Shown: positions 57,320 through 58,620 of the stretch, piece after piece
Layout of the letters: each line of letters opens with the position of its first letter
How positions within the stretch are numbered: the stretch's first letter is position 1
NCBI GenBank assembly: GCA_012799825.1
Contig: JAAZKK010000082.1
Span: forward strand, 1 to 58,620
DNA: 58,620 nucleotides
Reading direction: 5' to 3'
Origin: Clostridiaceae bacterium
Lineage (GTDB): Bacteria > Bacillota > Clostridia > Saccharofermentanales > DTU023
Program-made: the position numbers and the translations under genes
Notes under the pieces: generated by a model
What the model saw: only the letters and a program-made list of their open reading frames with translations
Told to the model about the DNA's origin: nothing
Database searches by the model: none

Positions 57320-58620
57320 TAAAAGTCCTCCTGTTGATCCATCTTCAGAGGTGAATATTCTTGACGCCGGCGCCCAGAGGCTCCACGGGGTTTTCTGCGA
57401 TAAGAATGCTTATCGGGAAGTAATTTTAGTTTCCATGTCGTCTTTTCAATTAAGGGATCAAAAAAGCGTAGCAAGTTGGGAAGCAGGAAAAGAACCATAC
57501 CCAGCGACGTCAGTGCGCCACGTCCAAGCACGCGTCCAATTTCACTTACCACGGCAAGGCTTGATGAAAAATAAAGTACGTAGCAAACACTGGCCAGAAT
57601 TAGCGCCGGCGGAATAATGGAACCCGCTACCGTCTCGATCGTTCGCAAGGCTGAATCCTTCCGGTTGAGCATTAAGCGATGGTCGAGGTAGTGTTGTGTC
57701 ATCAAGATAGCATAGTCAACCGTCGCTCCGAGCTGCACCGTGCTGATGACAAGGAACCCGATAAAGTTCAGCGGAATACCGGTAAGATACGGTATCGCCA
57801 AATTGATCCAAATTGAAAGCTCAATTGTGAGTACTAATATCAGGGGAATCGCAATCGACCGGAATGTAAACAAAATGACGAGTGCAATCGCCAGAATCGC
57901 CAAACCGTCAACGATTAAAATATCCTTATTTATCGTAGAGCGCATATCAAGCAAAACCATATTGGCGCCCGTAAGGTGGGTGTCCCCGTCAGGATAAGCT
58001 TCATCGACTATCACACGAATTTTCTCCGCTGTCTCGAACGTCTCCGGCGCTTCATCAGGGGAATCAGCAATCAAAATGATCCTGCTGTAGTGCTCGGAGA
58101 GCAAAGGCGACATTAAGCGCTCCGGCAATATTTCATTTGGAATGCCGCGACCGACGGCCGTCACATAGCCAATGGCAGACTTGATTTCCGGAACATCAAT
58201 AAGTACATCCACCAGTCGTCCTTCGCGAGCCCAGTCCCCGCGCGGAAGAAGAAGTGCCATAGGAACGTTGTTGCCAAACCGCTCTTCAAGCAACAGAGCG
58301 TCACGCTCCTGACGAGAATTTTCCGGATACGTTCGCGCTCCATACAACAGACGGTTCGAGCGCTGCGCGAGGAACGACGGCACAATCACGACGGCGGCTG
58401 CGATCATAATGGGAATTCCGATCTTGATGATCCAGCGGCTCGGCTTCTTAAACGAAGGCATGAAAGAGCGATGTGTAGTTTTATCGATCAGTTTATACGT
58501 CAACGTAGTAAGTGCAGGGAGCAACATAAACGAACTCAACAGGCTGAAAAATACTCCTTTTGCAAGTACAAGCCCAAGATCGAACCCAATGCCGAAGCGC
58601 ATGAACACGAGCGCGAGAAA
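57319..58620 (-). CDS. MMPL/RND-superfamily membrane transporter, 5' end cut by window edge
   Basis: The frame is open to the window end. Multiple TM helices are separated by a soluble loop. The C-terminal TM bundle is MMPL-like (IPLNFIGFLVISTVQLGATVDYAILM). Confidence 0.7.
   Translation of the reverse strand, partial: FLALVFMRFGIGFDLGLVLAKGVFFSLLSSFMLLPALTTLTYKLIDKTTHRSFMPSFKKPSRWIIKIGIPIMIAAAVVIVPSFLAQRSNRLLYGARTYPENSRQERDALLLEERFGNNVPMALLLPRGDWAREGRLVDVLIDVPEIKSAIGYVTAVGRGIPNEILPERLMSPLLSEHYSRIILIADSPDEAPETFETAEKIRVIVDEAYPDGDTHLTGANMVLLDMRSTINKDILIVDGLAILAIALVILFTFRSIAIPLILVLTIELSIWINLAIPYLTGIPLNFIGFLVISTVQLGATVDYAILMTQHYLDHRLMLNRKDSALRTIETVAGSIIPPALILASVCYVLYFSSSLAVVSEIGRVLGRGALTSLGMVLFLLPNLLRFFDPLIEKTTWKLKLLPDKHSYRRKPRGASGRRRQEYSPLKMDQQEDF

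Overview
This 58.6-kb chromosomal segment reads like an anaerobic Firmicute of the Clostridia type. That is an inference from gene content: PFOR, DnaD/DnaI-type replication loaders, the methylaspartate route of glutamate fermentation, and BMP-type nucleoside uptake.

Most of the window is conserved metabolism and housekeeping, in this order:
- a Zn/Mn-type metal ABC transporter, truncated at the left edge
- a nucleoside ABC importer with two tandem nucleoside hydrolases
- dnaD-like, dnaI-like and acpS genes
- pyruvate:ferredoxin oxidoreductase
- gpmI and a fused pgk-tpi gene
- cell-wall genes (PHP, GT2, SH3/NlpC-P60)
- a complete glutamate fermentation cluster: glutamate mutase glmS/L/E, methylaspartase, two-subunit class I hydro-lyase (mesaconase type), citrate-lyase-like citDEF and citXG (probable citramalate lyase), and a GntR regulator
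- mscL
- a maltodextrin utilisation locus: LacI, GH13, MalEFG-like transporter, and a triple starch-binding-module protein
- a YhgE/Pip-like protein with an MMPL transporter, truncated at the right edge

The one clearly accessory stretch is about 8.5-15.2 kb. It is visibly AT-rich. It holds a 10-repeat CRISPR array at 14475-15075 with no recognisable cas gene anywhere in the window. A second copy of the CRISPR leader plus a single repeat sits at 8539-8636. Four orphan genes lie between the two leader copies: a 482-aa protein fed directly by the solitary leader-repeat, a 155-aa tail-anchored membrane protein, a 596-aa TIR-like/DUF4062-like + coiled-coil + TPR protein, and a 305-aa protein divergent from the array leader. 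This cassette is the best candidate for an undescribed CRISPR-linked or defence-type system. Its function cannot be assigned from sequence alone.
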